Assembly (NCBI GenBank): GCA_951406725.2
Contig: OX597816.1
Location: 141,546,001 to 141,610,000, forward strand
Origin: Octopus vulgaris
Lineage: Eukaryota
Reading direction: 5' to 3'
Length of the DNA stretch: 64,000 nt
Shown here: piece after piece, positions 28,045 through 40,134 of the stretch
How the letters are laid out: each line of letters starts with the position of its first letter
How positions within the stretch are numbered: position 1 is the first letter of the stretch
The notes under the pieces: model-generated
Told to the model about the DNA's origin: nothing
Databases searched by the model: none
Seen by the model: the letters and a program-made list of their open reading frames with translations, nothing else
Position numbers and translations under genes: made by a program

Positions 28045-28200
28045 AATGATGATGAGTCAATAATAGCAACAACAATAACAGCAACAACGTTAACAATACT
28101 ATTACTACTACTACTACTACTACTACCAACAACAACAACAACAACAACAATAATAATGATGATAGCAATAACAACAACAACAATGGCAACAACAATAGCA
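26283..28200. repeat. Dense microsatellite block: (TA)n, (CA)n, (GA)n at 27817-27889, (GAT)n, (CTA)n, (CAA)n
   Basis: Directly visible; source of many spurious ORFs. Confidence 0.9.
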
Positions 28201-28920
28201 ACAGAAATACTAATGATAATAATAGGAATAAAAGCAAAAAAAAATTCAAACAAAATACAACTGAACATAATGGAGATGAAAGTGAGATATGAAATATATG
28301 TGTGGTGGTTCTCTCTGGTAAGAATTTTGTGTTTTTCTAAAAAAATTTTTATAAATAGTTTAAAGCAAGACACAAGCAGAATGTAATGCTGAAGCTGTTA
28401 AACCTCATGGGAGATAAACTTCTTTTCTGTCATTCAGACAGTGGGAACTTTCTATAACTTTCTTTGAATATTTTAGCACCAAGCATTCTTAGTGTTTATA
28501 TATATTTGCATATTATTGTTTACACACATGTTAAAAGAGTTGTGAAAACTATTTAAGTTACTTTTAAGTCAATGTTCACTCACAACATTATTGTTACTCT
28601 TGGGCGAATGTACACACACACATTCACACACATGCACACACACATATGTATATATACAAACACACACACATATATATATATATATACACACATCCACTCA
28701 CATAAACACACATTCATGCCTTGTTTACACACAGACACTTATACCAGGTTCACAGCTGTCCCCCTTGCAATATACAACTCAAGGTAACTCACACAATTGC
28801 CCCTCTTTCTATTTATCCTCTAGCAACCTCTTCCTCTTCTGGTCATTTCAGAGTGTGGTGACGGTCTAACTGAAATAGGTTTATTCTTTTTCCTCTCCAT
28901 TTTTACCTCGTGTCATCTAT

Positions 28921-28959
28921 TCTTTGTGTAGAAGAGTGTATGCTCAAAATGTAAAAGAC
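28921..28959 (+). ncRNA. Decayed Penelope-type hammerhead motif
   Basis: tcttt-gtgtaga-agagtgtatgctc-aaaa-tgta-aaaga. Stem I tcttt/aaaga is intact. The rest matches CTGAAGA-AGAGCGTATGCTC-GAAACGTA, with three of the changes at CpG sites. Confidence 0.45.
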
Positions 28960-29057
28960 TTTTCCTTCTATTCTTTTTTTTTTACTGTAAACCTAATATC
29001 CTTTGATTTTTCCCTTGCCTTCATGTATGTGTGTATATATATATAAGTGTGTAAATA

Positions 29058-29092
<35 letters not shown>

Positions 29093-29421
29093 ACACACAT
29101 ATCCATACAAGAACAGCTATAGCTATATACTAAGGGGTTTGTTACCAGCTACATGGCTTTGGCTTCAGCCATCTGGTTGGTGGAGGTCTTCATTCTTGGA
29201 CTGACCAAAACCTTGTAAGTGGATTTGGTAGACAGAAACAAATAGAGCTTGATGTATATATATATGTGTATGTGTGTGTGTGCATGTGCATGCGTGCATG
29301 TGTCTGTGTGTGTGTATGTGTGTGTATGTGGCATTATTAGTCAGCTGAACCAGAATCACCTGGTTGCAAATCTAACGTTTTAACCATATAGCCATGCTTC
29401 TGTCTATTTGTTTGTGTCTCT

Positions 29422-29459
<38 letters not shown>

Positions 29460-29904
29460 ATATAAAATTAAGTAGTGTATATAATACCACTTGCTAAAAT
29501 CAGAGCCAATGCTCCAAAAACCACCATAAAAATTACAATGAAGATACACAGGAGCAATGCAATGAACATTTCAAAAATAGGCTTACCTTTGCTTGGAATA
29601 CATAGATAAGTAATACGTATTTTAATACCAATTAATTTCACGCTTTGCATGACAAACATGCTTTGCAATCATCAGTTGGAAACAGAATTTAACATCTATT
29701 TCTAAAATATTCACTACATTAGCTTGTGTGCATTCCTAACTTTAAACGTCCCACTCCGTTTAAAAGAAATTATCGTAAACAAGAAAAATTTAAATAAGGG
29801 AGTATAATTATTGTTATTTACAGTAATAGTAAGGTGGCTTACAAGGTAGATATAGATAATATATATGTATGTAAATTATATATAAGTATATATATATATA
29901 TATG

Positions 29905-29943
<39 letters not shown>

Positions 29944-29944
29944 G

Positions 29945-30234
29945 CTCGTGTCCGTTGCCAGCCTTGCCTGGCCCCCGTGCCGGTGGCACGTAAAAGCACC
30001 ATCTGTTCATGGCCGTTTGCCAGCTCCGTCTGGCACCTGTGCGGGTGGCACGTAAAAAGCACCCACTACACTCACGGAGTGGTTGGCGTTAAGAAGGGCA
30101 TCCAGCCGTAGAAACACTGCCAGATCAGACTGGGCCTGATGCAGCCTTCTGGCTTTACAGACCCCAGTTGAACCGTCCAACCCATGCTAGCATGGAAAGC
30201 GGACGCTAAATGATGATGTTGATGATGATGATGA

Positions 30235-30237
<3 letters not shown>
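29945..30237 (+). mobile_element. RTE LINE 3' tail fragment flanked by (TA)n
   Basis: Inverted near-identical copy of 4055-4317; ends in (GAT)n. Confidence 0.85.
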
Positions 30238-30283
<46 letters not shown>

Positions 30284-30293
30284 GGAGTAAAAA

Positions 30294-30331
30294 CTGTCCG
30301 ATGAACGGCAACGGGAAACTCAGAGTAACAG
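30294..30331 (+). ncRNA. Minimal type I hammerhead-like motif in a short Penelope-like terminal remnant (30281-30365)
   Basis: CUGU-CCGAUGA-ACG(GCAA)CGG-GAAA-CUCAGAG-UA-ACAG. Stem I ctgt/acag, GNRA loop on stem II, near-palindromic stem III actc-a-gagt, GUA triplet. AATAAA at 30358. Deviations: U4C and an A-G mismatch at the base of stem II. Confidence 0.65.
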
Positions 30332-31105
30332 GTTTTGTTGAATTTTCTGCTGCTTTAAATAAAGTATATATATATGTATGAATGTATGTATGTATGTATT
30401 TATATATGTAGATGTGTGAGTGTGTGTATGTGTATCCTAGTCAAGTGGTAGTTGTAAATGAGTGTCACTGTGATGCAAACAGTGTCTTTTGTTTCTAAGC
30501 TTATGTAAAACCATGTCTGCTCTTAGGGAGCTACTACCTTAAATGGAAATAGGTGAGAGCTGGTGTTAGGAAAGACATCTGGTCATAGAAAATCTGCCTC
30601 TGTCTAACCCATGGAAGCATGGAATATCATCATTGTCATCACCATTATCATCATTTAACATGCTATTTTCCATGCTAGCATGGGTTAGAGCATGTTAAAA
30701 TGATGATGTTGGTGGTGGTGGTGGTGATGATGCTGATGCTGATGAGGATGATGATGATGATGGTGGTGGTGGTGAAATTTACTGGTAAGAGAAAATTGTG
30801 TTCTAGAAACACACATACAACATACAACACACAGCACACACGCACATACACATACACATCTACTCACATGCATTAAAACAATGTCCAAACCTTGTATTTT
30901 AATTCAAACAGTTAGTTGGAAAGAGACAAGCGATTAACACTGGTAATCTTTTAGAAGGACACAAGAGTTAATGTGTTGTAATGTGTTGACACAACAAATG
31001 GTTCATGCATTAATAATAGGTGGGCGAGCACCTAAGCTGAACTAACAGAAGTGTCTAACAGAATATTAGCTAATGCCAGTATAATAAAATATATAGTCAA
31101 TGAAC

Positions 31106-31177
<72 letters not shown>

Positions 31178-31188
31178 ATAATAATAGT

Positions 31189-31646
31189 AACAGATGGGCT
31201 ACACCAAATATTCTGCTCAATACCACAGATTTGCTTGTCAGTTGTTTGACCTTAACCAGTTGAGTATGTCCCTTAATGGATGATGATATCATCAGCCACT
31301 AAGCAGAAGTAATGGGGGAGCATCATAACCATGTGTTGTGAGGAATTCTTTGGGGTTTGGATAATTCACCTTTGGAAACATGGGTGTTTTGTTCAACATC
31401 CTTGAACAACCCTTATTCAGGGACCTTTTGAGTGGGATGGGTTACTCAACCTGAAGAAAATTCTAACTGGGCTCCACATGCAAGGTCATGTGCTGTTTAT
31501 CTTGATATGAGATCACTATGTCACACACATGATTGTGATGCATGTGCCAGGTGTACCCTTATCAGACGGGTAGTCATGATAGGTATAATGGGCTTCGTAT
31601 ATTTTACCCCAGTGTCTCTTTGATGGCATGCACTGCTCTCTCACTC
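31189..31646 (+). mobile_element. Unclassified ~460-bp insertion flanked on both sides by (AAT)n
   Basis: Higher-complexity sequence between AAT/AGT repeats, ending ...cactgctctctcactc(aat)n. Strand inferred from the tail. Confidence 0.5.
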
Positions 31647-31678
<32 letters not shown>

Positions 31679-31733
31679 TAATTATAATAATAATAATGAT
31701 AATAATAATAATATTAATAATAATAATAATAAT

Positions 31734-31964
31734 AAAGATTGTCTTAACTGGTACATCACATGTATTGAGAAGAGCATTGTCGATGTGAGAACTGTTGCTG
31801 CTCATGTATTTTAATTTAACTTTAAAAAAAAAAAAAAAAAAAATGAACGAACTACTGAGTTTGGTTTAATGGCCTACCAATATACACTATGAGTTTCTTT
31901 GCCCTAGGAGTCGGGAAGACACTCGGCAAGAAATGGAAGAAAATTTGAAAGAAGAAAAAAAAAA

Positions 31965-31965
<1 letters not shown>
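31734..31965 (+). mobile_element. Short 3' fragment of the R4/Dong-like element in (AAT)n
   Basis: Homologous to 34252-34524 (ttgtcttaa(c/a)tggtacatcacatgta(t/c)tgagaagagcattgtcg...ggcctaccaatata...gaagacact(c/t)ggcaa). Confidence 0.85.
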
Positions 31966-31999
<34 letters not shown>

Positions 32000-32193
32000 G
32001 CTTATAATTTCTGGCACAAGTTCAATAAATTTGAATGGAAGGGAAGTTGATTACATCAACTCCAGTGTTTTACTGGTACTTATTTTATTGACCCCAAAAT
32101 AATGGAAAGTGAAGTCAACCTTGGCAGAATTTGAACTCAGATGCCACTTAACATTGCTTAATAACAACAACAACAACAACAATCATAATAATC

Positions 32194-32254
<61 letters not shown>

Positions 32255-32261
32255 TAATAAT

Positions 32262-34524
32262 AAAGGGTGCTGACAAGGCTCACATGGCTGCAAATCAATT
32301 ACTGAACAAAAAGGGGTGCTGGTGAGGCTCATATGGATGCAAAGGCCAACTCTTAATCAACCACTGAACAAAAAGGATGCCAACGAGGCTCAGATGGATG
32401 CAAAGACCAACGCTTAATCAATCACATGATCCTTGAGAATTGTCATAACAAACGCAGAAATCTCAGTTCTGCATGGATTAATTATAAAAAGGCCTTTGAC
32501 AGCATACTACTTTCATGGATCTTGAAATCGCTGGATATCTTCAACATTTCTCCTGTGATTTCAAACTTCCTGAAGTACAGCATGTTAGTGTGGAATACGA
32601 ATCTCCAATTATACTACTCTAATGGAATATCAATCACAAAAAATGTTAATATCAACTGCGGCATTTTCCAAGGTGACTCACTTTCACCTATAATTTTTTG
32701 CATAGCCCTAATGCCCCTTACAAGTGAACTTAACAAAACAGGGTATGGATATAAAATTGGCAACAAGAAAATAAGTCACCTATTTTATATGAATGACTTA
32801 AAACTCTATGGCAAAGATGATAATGAGCTTGAAGGACTAAAGCATTCAGTGATGACATTGGGGTGGAATTTAGTCTTGATAAATGTGCCAAGGACACTTT
32901 TCAGAAAGGGAAATTGAAGACCTCACATTCAGTTGTGTTGAATGTTGATACAGTCATAAAAGAACTTATGCAGGGACAAACTTACAAATACCTTGGAATA
33001 AATGAGGGCACTGGCATTTAGCATGCAAGCATGAAAGATCAGGAAGGAATGTTACAGGAGAGTTCGAGCAGTCCTAAAATCCGAGTTAAATGCACATTAT
33101 AAGGTGTTAGATCTAAATTCCTTAGCAGTTTTAGTTGTTATTTACAGTTTCAATGTGTTGAACTGGGATATGAGTGAAATAAGGAAGATAGTCAGGAAAA
33201 TCCATAAGCTGTTGACTTGCAATAAGATGCACCACCCGAAGGCAGACACAGATTGTCTTTACCAGAGCTCAAGGAGGTTAAGGGTTGATCCAGTATGAAA
33301 TCTCCTACAAAACCACCACAATAGGACTGGCAAAATATCTTGAATCATTTAATGACTCAATGCTAAAGCTCACTGGAAACCATGAAAGACGTTAGAAGCT
33401 TCATTTTGTTACAAAGGAGAGCAAAGAATTTTCAAGTGAATTTATGCATAATACCCAAGTTGAACAGCATGATGGAAGTGTAGTGGCTGTAGTTGCAAAG
33501 GAGATGAAATCAATAGCAAAGCAAAATGTGTTTGAACACTTGGCTGATAGGTGGGAACAAAGACCTCTGCATGGCAAATATGTGGCCTGTAACAAACAAG
33601 CTGATGTTGACCAGAAGTACACCCATCAATGGCTATGGAGCTCAGAGAAGACTTTATCTTGGCTGCTCAAGATCAGAGCTTTCTGACCCAGAACTATCAA
33701 GCCAAAGTGATGAAAAATAGTGTGTAGACCCAAAGTGCTGATACTGCAACAAAGGGATTGAAACAGTTGACCATCCAATATCTAGATGTAAGGTTTTAGC
33801 ACCTGTAGAGTACAAATCAAGACATGACAGAGTTGGCCAATAACTACATTGGATAATGTGTTGGCATTATAAAATCAAAACTGCTGACAAATGGTTCAAG
33901 CATCACTCTGAGGATGTAACTGAGGAAGAAAATGTAATGATTCTTTGGGACTTTCCAGTATGTACAGACCGGATCATCAAAGCAAATAAACCAGATATTG
34001 TTCTGGAAGACCAAAACAATAAAATCTGTTTATTGATTGACGTGAGCATACCCTGTGATTATAATATCTCAGCAAAAGTATTTGATAAGCTCAGAAAATA
34101 TAAAGATTTGCTAATCAAAGTCAGTCGAAAAGTTGTGGCATCTCAAGATGGTTACAATACCAGTGATTATAGGAGCACTTGGAATGATCAGAAAAGGAAC
34201 TGAAAATTATTTAAGAATGATCTCTGGCTTACCATCCATATAAGAAGTACAAAAAATTGTCTTAAATGGTACATCACATGTACTGAGAAGAGCATTGTCG
34301 CTGTGAATTTTCTTTCTTTTTTCTCCTTTATTTTCTGTGTTTACTTTTTTATTTTTTTTCCTTTTTCCCCTCTGTTTTTCTTCCCTTTTTTCTCTATTAC
34401 ATGACTTTGTAAATGAACAATCTGATGTGTTTATTTTAATGGCCTACCAATATATACAGTGTGTTTCTCTGCCTTAGGTGTCAGGAAGACACTTGGCAAA
34501 AAATGGAAACAAAATTGAAAGAAG
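32262..34524 (+). mobile_element. Decayed 5'-truncated R4/Dong-clade non-LTR retrotransposon (RT, zinc knuckle, restriction-like endonuclease)
   Basis: RT motifs QKGC..GS.GCKDQ.LIN, AWINYKKAFDS, GIFQGDSLSP, SHLFYMNDLKLY. CCHC-like C*YCNKGIETVDHPISRC, then YKSRHD, then RLE motif ANKPDIVL...LLIDVSIP...KLRKY. Flanked by AAT repeats; many stops and frameshifts. Confidence 0.9.
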
Positions 34525-34547
34525 ATGATAATGAAAATAATAATAAT

Positions 34548-35175
34548 CCTTTCTACGATAGAAACAAGGCCTGAAATTTTGTGAGAGGGGGGCTAGTCAA
34601 TTAAATCGACCCCAAATGGTACTTATTTCACTGACCATGAAAGGATGAAAGGCAAAATCGGCCTCAGCAGAATTTGAACTCAGAACATAGCAACAGATGA
34701 AATACTGCTAAGCATTTTGCCTGGTGTGCTAGCAATTCTGCTAGCTTACTGCCTTCCATGATAACCAACAGTGATGATAATGATAAAAAATAGTAGTAAT
34801 AATAATGATGATTTCAAATTTTGGCACAGGACCAGTAGTTTCTGAGGGGAGGGGAAGTTGACTACATCACCCCCTGGATAACTTGTAGTTATTTTATCAA
34901 CCCCCATATGGCTGTAAGTTCAATTCCAGGTGGTGTGTTGTGTCCTTGAGCAAGACACTTTATTTCATGTTGCCCCAGTCCACTCAGCTAGTAAAAATGA
35001 GTACTACCTGTATTTCAAAGGTTCGGCCTTGTCACACTGAATCTCCCTGAGAACTATGTTAAGAGTACATGTGTCTGTGAAGTGCTCAGCCACTTGTATG
35101 CTAATTTTATGAGCAGGCTGTTCTGTTGATCAGATCAACTGGAACACTTAATGTCATAATTGATAGAGTACCAGT
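34548..35175. mobile_element. MetaSINE-like copies (34548-34757 and 34812-34905, both -) and a family B SINE (34905-35175, +)
   Basis: Homology to other copies in the window. Confidence 0.75.
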
Positions 35176-35189
35176 TATATAGGAAGTGT

Positions 35190-36150
35190 TTCTTGTTTGT
35201 CACCTTGCCTGTGATTCCACTACATCTTTTGAGTATTAAAATTTACATTAGACATCCAGTGTAGAATCCCTACGATAGCTATTTGAATTCTTATGTAATA
35301 GCATGGAGAACTATAATTGATAAGAGGCTGCAGGGAACAGCCTTGACAGACACCTACTTGCATGCTAAATTCCTTGTTAAATTCATTGCTAACTCACTTT
35401 ACTGATAGCATCTCTGTACATGACTTGTATGGCTCTCACATATCTTTCATCTACATTCATCAGCTTTTTTAGTGACTGCAAGACTACGGATTGTGGAATC
35501 CTGTCAAAGGCTTTCTCCAGATAACAAATGCTAGCTAAGTTACTCTAGGTTAAGACTCTCTCTTGAAGTTTTCTCATTAAGAAGAGAGCACTTGTGGTTC
35601 ACACCCCAGTCACAGATTCAAGCTGTATCTCATCTAAGCAAATTTTTTACCTAATTTAGTTTGCTATAACTTTGTTACTTTTGTAACTTGGTCTATCACC
35701 TTAATATCTATGTAGTTGCTCCTTTCTAATAACATCTCTTTTGCTCTTAAACAATCAATGAGAATGCAACTCTGATAATCAGTGAATCAGGTAGTACTTC
35801 CCTGTTCTACCTGATTCACTGTGTGACCTGAGTATGCTTTACTTTGTTATATATTTTTAGCATCTATGTGACTAATCCCTGATAGTGAAGTTGCTTTTCT
35901 TTAGCTTTATATCATTAATGACACTTTTGACAGTGTGGCTACCAACTTCAAAAGCTGGTTCCTATGTTGGATCTACTTGGAGTAACCTCTAGCTCCCTCA
36001 TACACTCTCCTTAATCAGCAACTTTCACTGGAGAATTTCCATGCTTCTTTCCCCTATCTCAGTGTTGGAAAGGTTGAGTGTGCACCCTATCATTATGTGT
36101 AAAAGTTTTGGGCTTTCTTAAAAGGTTGAGATTACTCTTCTACCATTGAG
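35190..36150 (-). mobile_element. Heavily decayed RTE LINE RT fragment
   Basis: The minus strand gives LEKAFDRIPQSVV (~35490-35520) and FSMQVGVCQGCSLQPL (~35325-35370). Boundaries approximate. Confidence 0.6.
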
Positions 36151-39100
36151 CTATTTCAGTATCTACACATGATCTTCATTTAAACATGAGTGCTCTATCA
36201 AAGCTCTAAGTCCAAATCACATATAACATCTCTGAAGACTACAAAAGGATGGCCTTTCCAAACATCTTTCAAAAGAAATTTATTTTGGAAATACATATTT
36301 AGATTCAAACATACAAATATAACTCACTTATTGTGGTTGATGCATTTATGCTGTCACTACAACTATGCTATGAATCCTCAACAAAATCCACTTGTTATAT
36401 TAATGTTCTTATACCAGTATATTCCATATTTGATAGAATTGCATTAAATCTTCACATATGTACTCTTTGTGATTTGTCTGTGTGTTTTGATGTTGATTTG
36501 ATTAGAAGATGAAATCACTAATAAATTCTTTCTAGAAATATTCTTCCTTACTACAGATTTGTAACTCAGTACAGCACCAGTCTGAGACAGAAATAAGAAA
36601 CAGACCAGCTTACTAAACTTAAACCATGTATTTATCTTTTGCCAGGCAACACTGTTACTGACTATACTACAAAGCTTACAATGTCTAACTGAACAGCAGA
36701 CAATTTGTGAACTTCTACAGATTTGTTTAGGGATCAATTTCCCCTCATAGGTTGAGAAAAAAAAACTCTCTTATACTCATGTTCTGGTTACCACAGTATT
36801 CTTAAATGAACGTTTACTAAGAATCATGAAGAAAATGCAAATGTAGACCTAAGTCCAGTAAAAAAAGAAAAGACTTTTCTAACTTCACTTGCTATTTTTT
36901 ATAATGCTTTCATCACAAACATTCTGAAGTAGAGAAATCAATTAACAAAACCTTACAATACATACTCCTCTGTTTCCTCTCTTTACTCATGCACATGCAT
37001 GAGCACACACACACACACACACACATGCAGGTATTACTACTTTATTACTATTCTCAACATTTTTCAAGAAAACATGTTCACTGCCAAATTTCCAAGTACA
37101 TTTTTGAAACACCTTTCCAAGTTATTTTCCCATTTGGTACTATTTCAAAATGTAGGCTATGACTAATTTGTACACAGAAAGTGTTACTGATGATATTAGT
37201 AAAGATGCTATCTCTGATATCTTTCATGCTATCAATTTTTCATTGTAGCTTGTGCCACATTAGTCTAACAAAGTCTTTAGTCTTCACTTATCTTTGTACA
37301 TCTCTTTAAATGAAACATAAGATGGCAAGACGTCAAACAACTGTCATATTTAGCAAAGAATTTGGACTGTCATACACATTGTACATATCTAATTCATGTT
37401 TCAAAATGTAGAGGTGTGACTGCTGTGTAGGTAAGCTACTACACTATCAGTCCACAGGATTTAAGTTCAAACAAATTGCAGATATTTTATTTTATTTTCA
37501 GGCAAAATTTTTTAAATGTGACCTCAGTTTATCAAAGCAAGCAGAGGCACAAGCACTTATAGGGAATATTGCCTCTAGCAGACTAGTGTCCTTTGTAGTG
37601 GGGGGACATTTATCTTTCATCTGCTTCTTTTGCAACTGTAAAACTGGAGATAATAAAGGCTTAGAATATATTCATATGCTGTCATAAATATTACCCTTTT
37701 CCTCTCAATTCTAAATGCAGTAAAAGGTATAAATATCAATAAGGAAGTGTTCAAGATATAAATATCAGTGACTTATTAAGGAAGCTATCATTGTGGCAAA
37801 AGTTGAAATAAGACTTGCTGTCCAAGTCCTGCAGGCTAATTTGAATACATAGAGCTGTTCAATACTTTTATCTGCAGAGTGATGAGAATATCATGTGAGA
37901 ATTATCTCTTAAGATGGCTTTAGGTATTCTCAAAAATACCGTCTATAGTTTAGCAAGACAGCTTGTTCTTTTTTTGGCCATATTCCTATAATATAAATAC
38001 ACTTCAAAATGAAATATGGTACTGCCATTATCAATAATATAGGAAGTGAACAGAATAATTAGTCAACTAAAATAGAACACAATAATTATCAGTGTAAATG
38101 GAGATACTCATATTAATAATACTCTGTAATTACTTTGTTCTTTTTCCAGACTTCCATGGCAACTTCAATAAATATTGTCTTGTTATTTTCTGAAAATGTA
38201 ACTTCAAAACCTATAGGATAATGTAAATAATCTGAGACTATGATACAAGTTCAATTCTTGATTGAGAGATATCACGTTACCTTCTCCCTTGCATTTTGGA
38301 TGTCTGGTTTTCATTGAAAGGATGGAGAAAGATGGAAGGTAGTTGTTCAAGGATACCCTTGATATATTAAATGAAGACAGAATCTACAAGGGTGGTCCAA
38401 AAACATTATAGGACATTGTTCAATTAAAATGTGTGTGTGTGTGTGTGTTATACATAGGTGGAAGCCAAAGAAAACAAGCAAGGGAAAAGTGTGGAAATCA
38501 ATTGAAGACTTAATATTTGAAAGCTCATGCTTTTTATCATGGTAAGCAAATTGAATGGAAGGCCAATGGAAAGAAAGTATTGCTCTCAATATTTGAGCTT
38601 CTTTTTAAGCAATGTCCAACTTTTGCACATGCATGGAACATAATAGATACTTTGGAATCACGTGACTTACATGAAGGATAGAAACATATTTTAGGATCCA
38701 TTGATTCATAGATATAGAATTGAATGTCTGAACAGATACATCATTAGAAATGTCAACTGCAATTTATGTTTTAACAACCTAATATAATTAGAGATATACA
38801 AAAGCTAGCAAAAATGTGTAAAAACTTATACATTCTTAGAGATGGAATATTGTGCTTGGCTATCTGAAAAAGCAATAGGCAAAGAGGACAAAAAATTCAA
38901 AAGTAAAAAGCCATTTTTAAAAAGACAAAGATGTATATTAATTTAAAAAAAACAACAACAAAAAACAAATCAGAAGGTATGTGCTAAGTTTTAGCAGCTA
39001 AGATATTGCTCAAATGGTTTCTCAATATAGTGAAGGAACAGTGGTTGGCAAAAACCCTGAAACTAATTTTAAAGCATCAGTGCACACAAGCTAACCTGGT

Positions 39101-39473
39101 TTAATCGAGCAGCCTCTAATTTGTCACTGGAACTTTTCTGTAAAACAAAAGCAATTAAATACAGGGTCTTCATCAGGCCTTTAGGTGAGTCAAATAGAAT
39201 TTATCATTCTGAAAGGAATTAAATATATGGCATTCATGAGTTGTTACAGGGCAGTAAATATAAGGTTCATAATTTGGAGTTGAATTCTGAAGGGAAAGTA
39301 AACATTTTCATTTTAAACCAAACACATATACACTCAAGTAAACATGTAATTTCATATATAAATATTCATATATTTTGTGTGTGTATATGCATTCATATAC
39401 ATATGTATACAAAACATACAAGCACATATATATGTCTATATATATGTATGTATATATATATACACACACACAC

Positions 39474-39518
<45 letters not shown>

Positions 39519-40134
39519 CTTGTTATTGTTGTTCTAGTTTCAGCAGTGTACCTGCAGCCATATTATTGAAGCATTGATATTAGAAACAATGCTCTGGGTG
39601 AAAAGAAAAATATCAATATATTGATATGTATGTATAATGATGTGATTGAACTTAGGTGATGTTGTGTTTCTTCCTTGGAGAAAGAAATATAAGTTAATAT
39701 TTAAGAAATCTTACAGTATCTTTCGATATGAGGATTTACGAAGAAATGTGCTGTTAGTATTAATGCCAGTGAACTTTATGATTCTCCTGTTCCCCCTCTC
39801 TCAAAACTCTATGTGCAAATAGAAATTATACATCCAATCATAAGTAATAAATTACTACTAGCAATGGTGAATATAATTGTGTTTCTGTGTAAAATATTTA
39901 GTGTGGAATAGACTGCTTGTTGATCATCAGTATGGTCATTGATTTAAACCTGCATTCTGTAATAGCCTGAGATGGACAGGTCCTCAACAATCCAAGCTGG
40001 TTCTTATATGGAGTTACTACTCTCATAAATGGTTTAAAAGAAAACGTTTCACTTGCATGCTCCACTTTTGGCATGGCTTTATGACTGGATGTCCTTCCTA
40101 AAGTCAACTATTTTACAAAATGTAAAAAACAGTA

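Noticed and set aside
29468-29668. Hydrophobic 66-aa ORF that might be a TMEM245 transmembrane exon
   Set aside because: No match to TMEM245 motifs and no suitable splice pair. Hydrophobicity is expected from T-rich DNA, and the ORF overlaps a probable repeat remnant.
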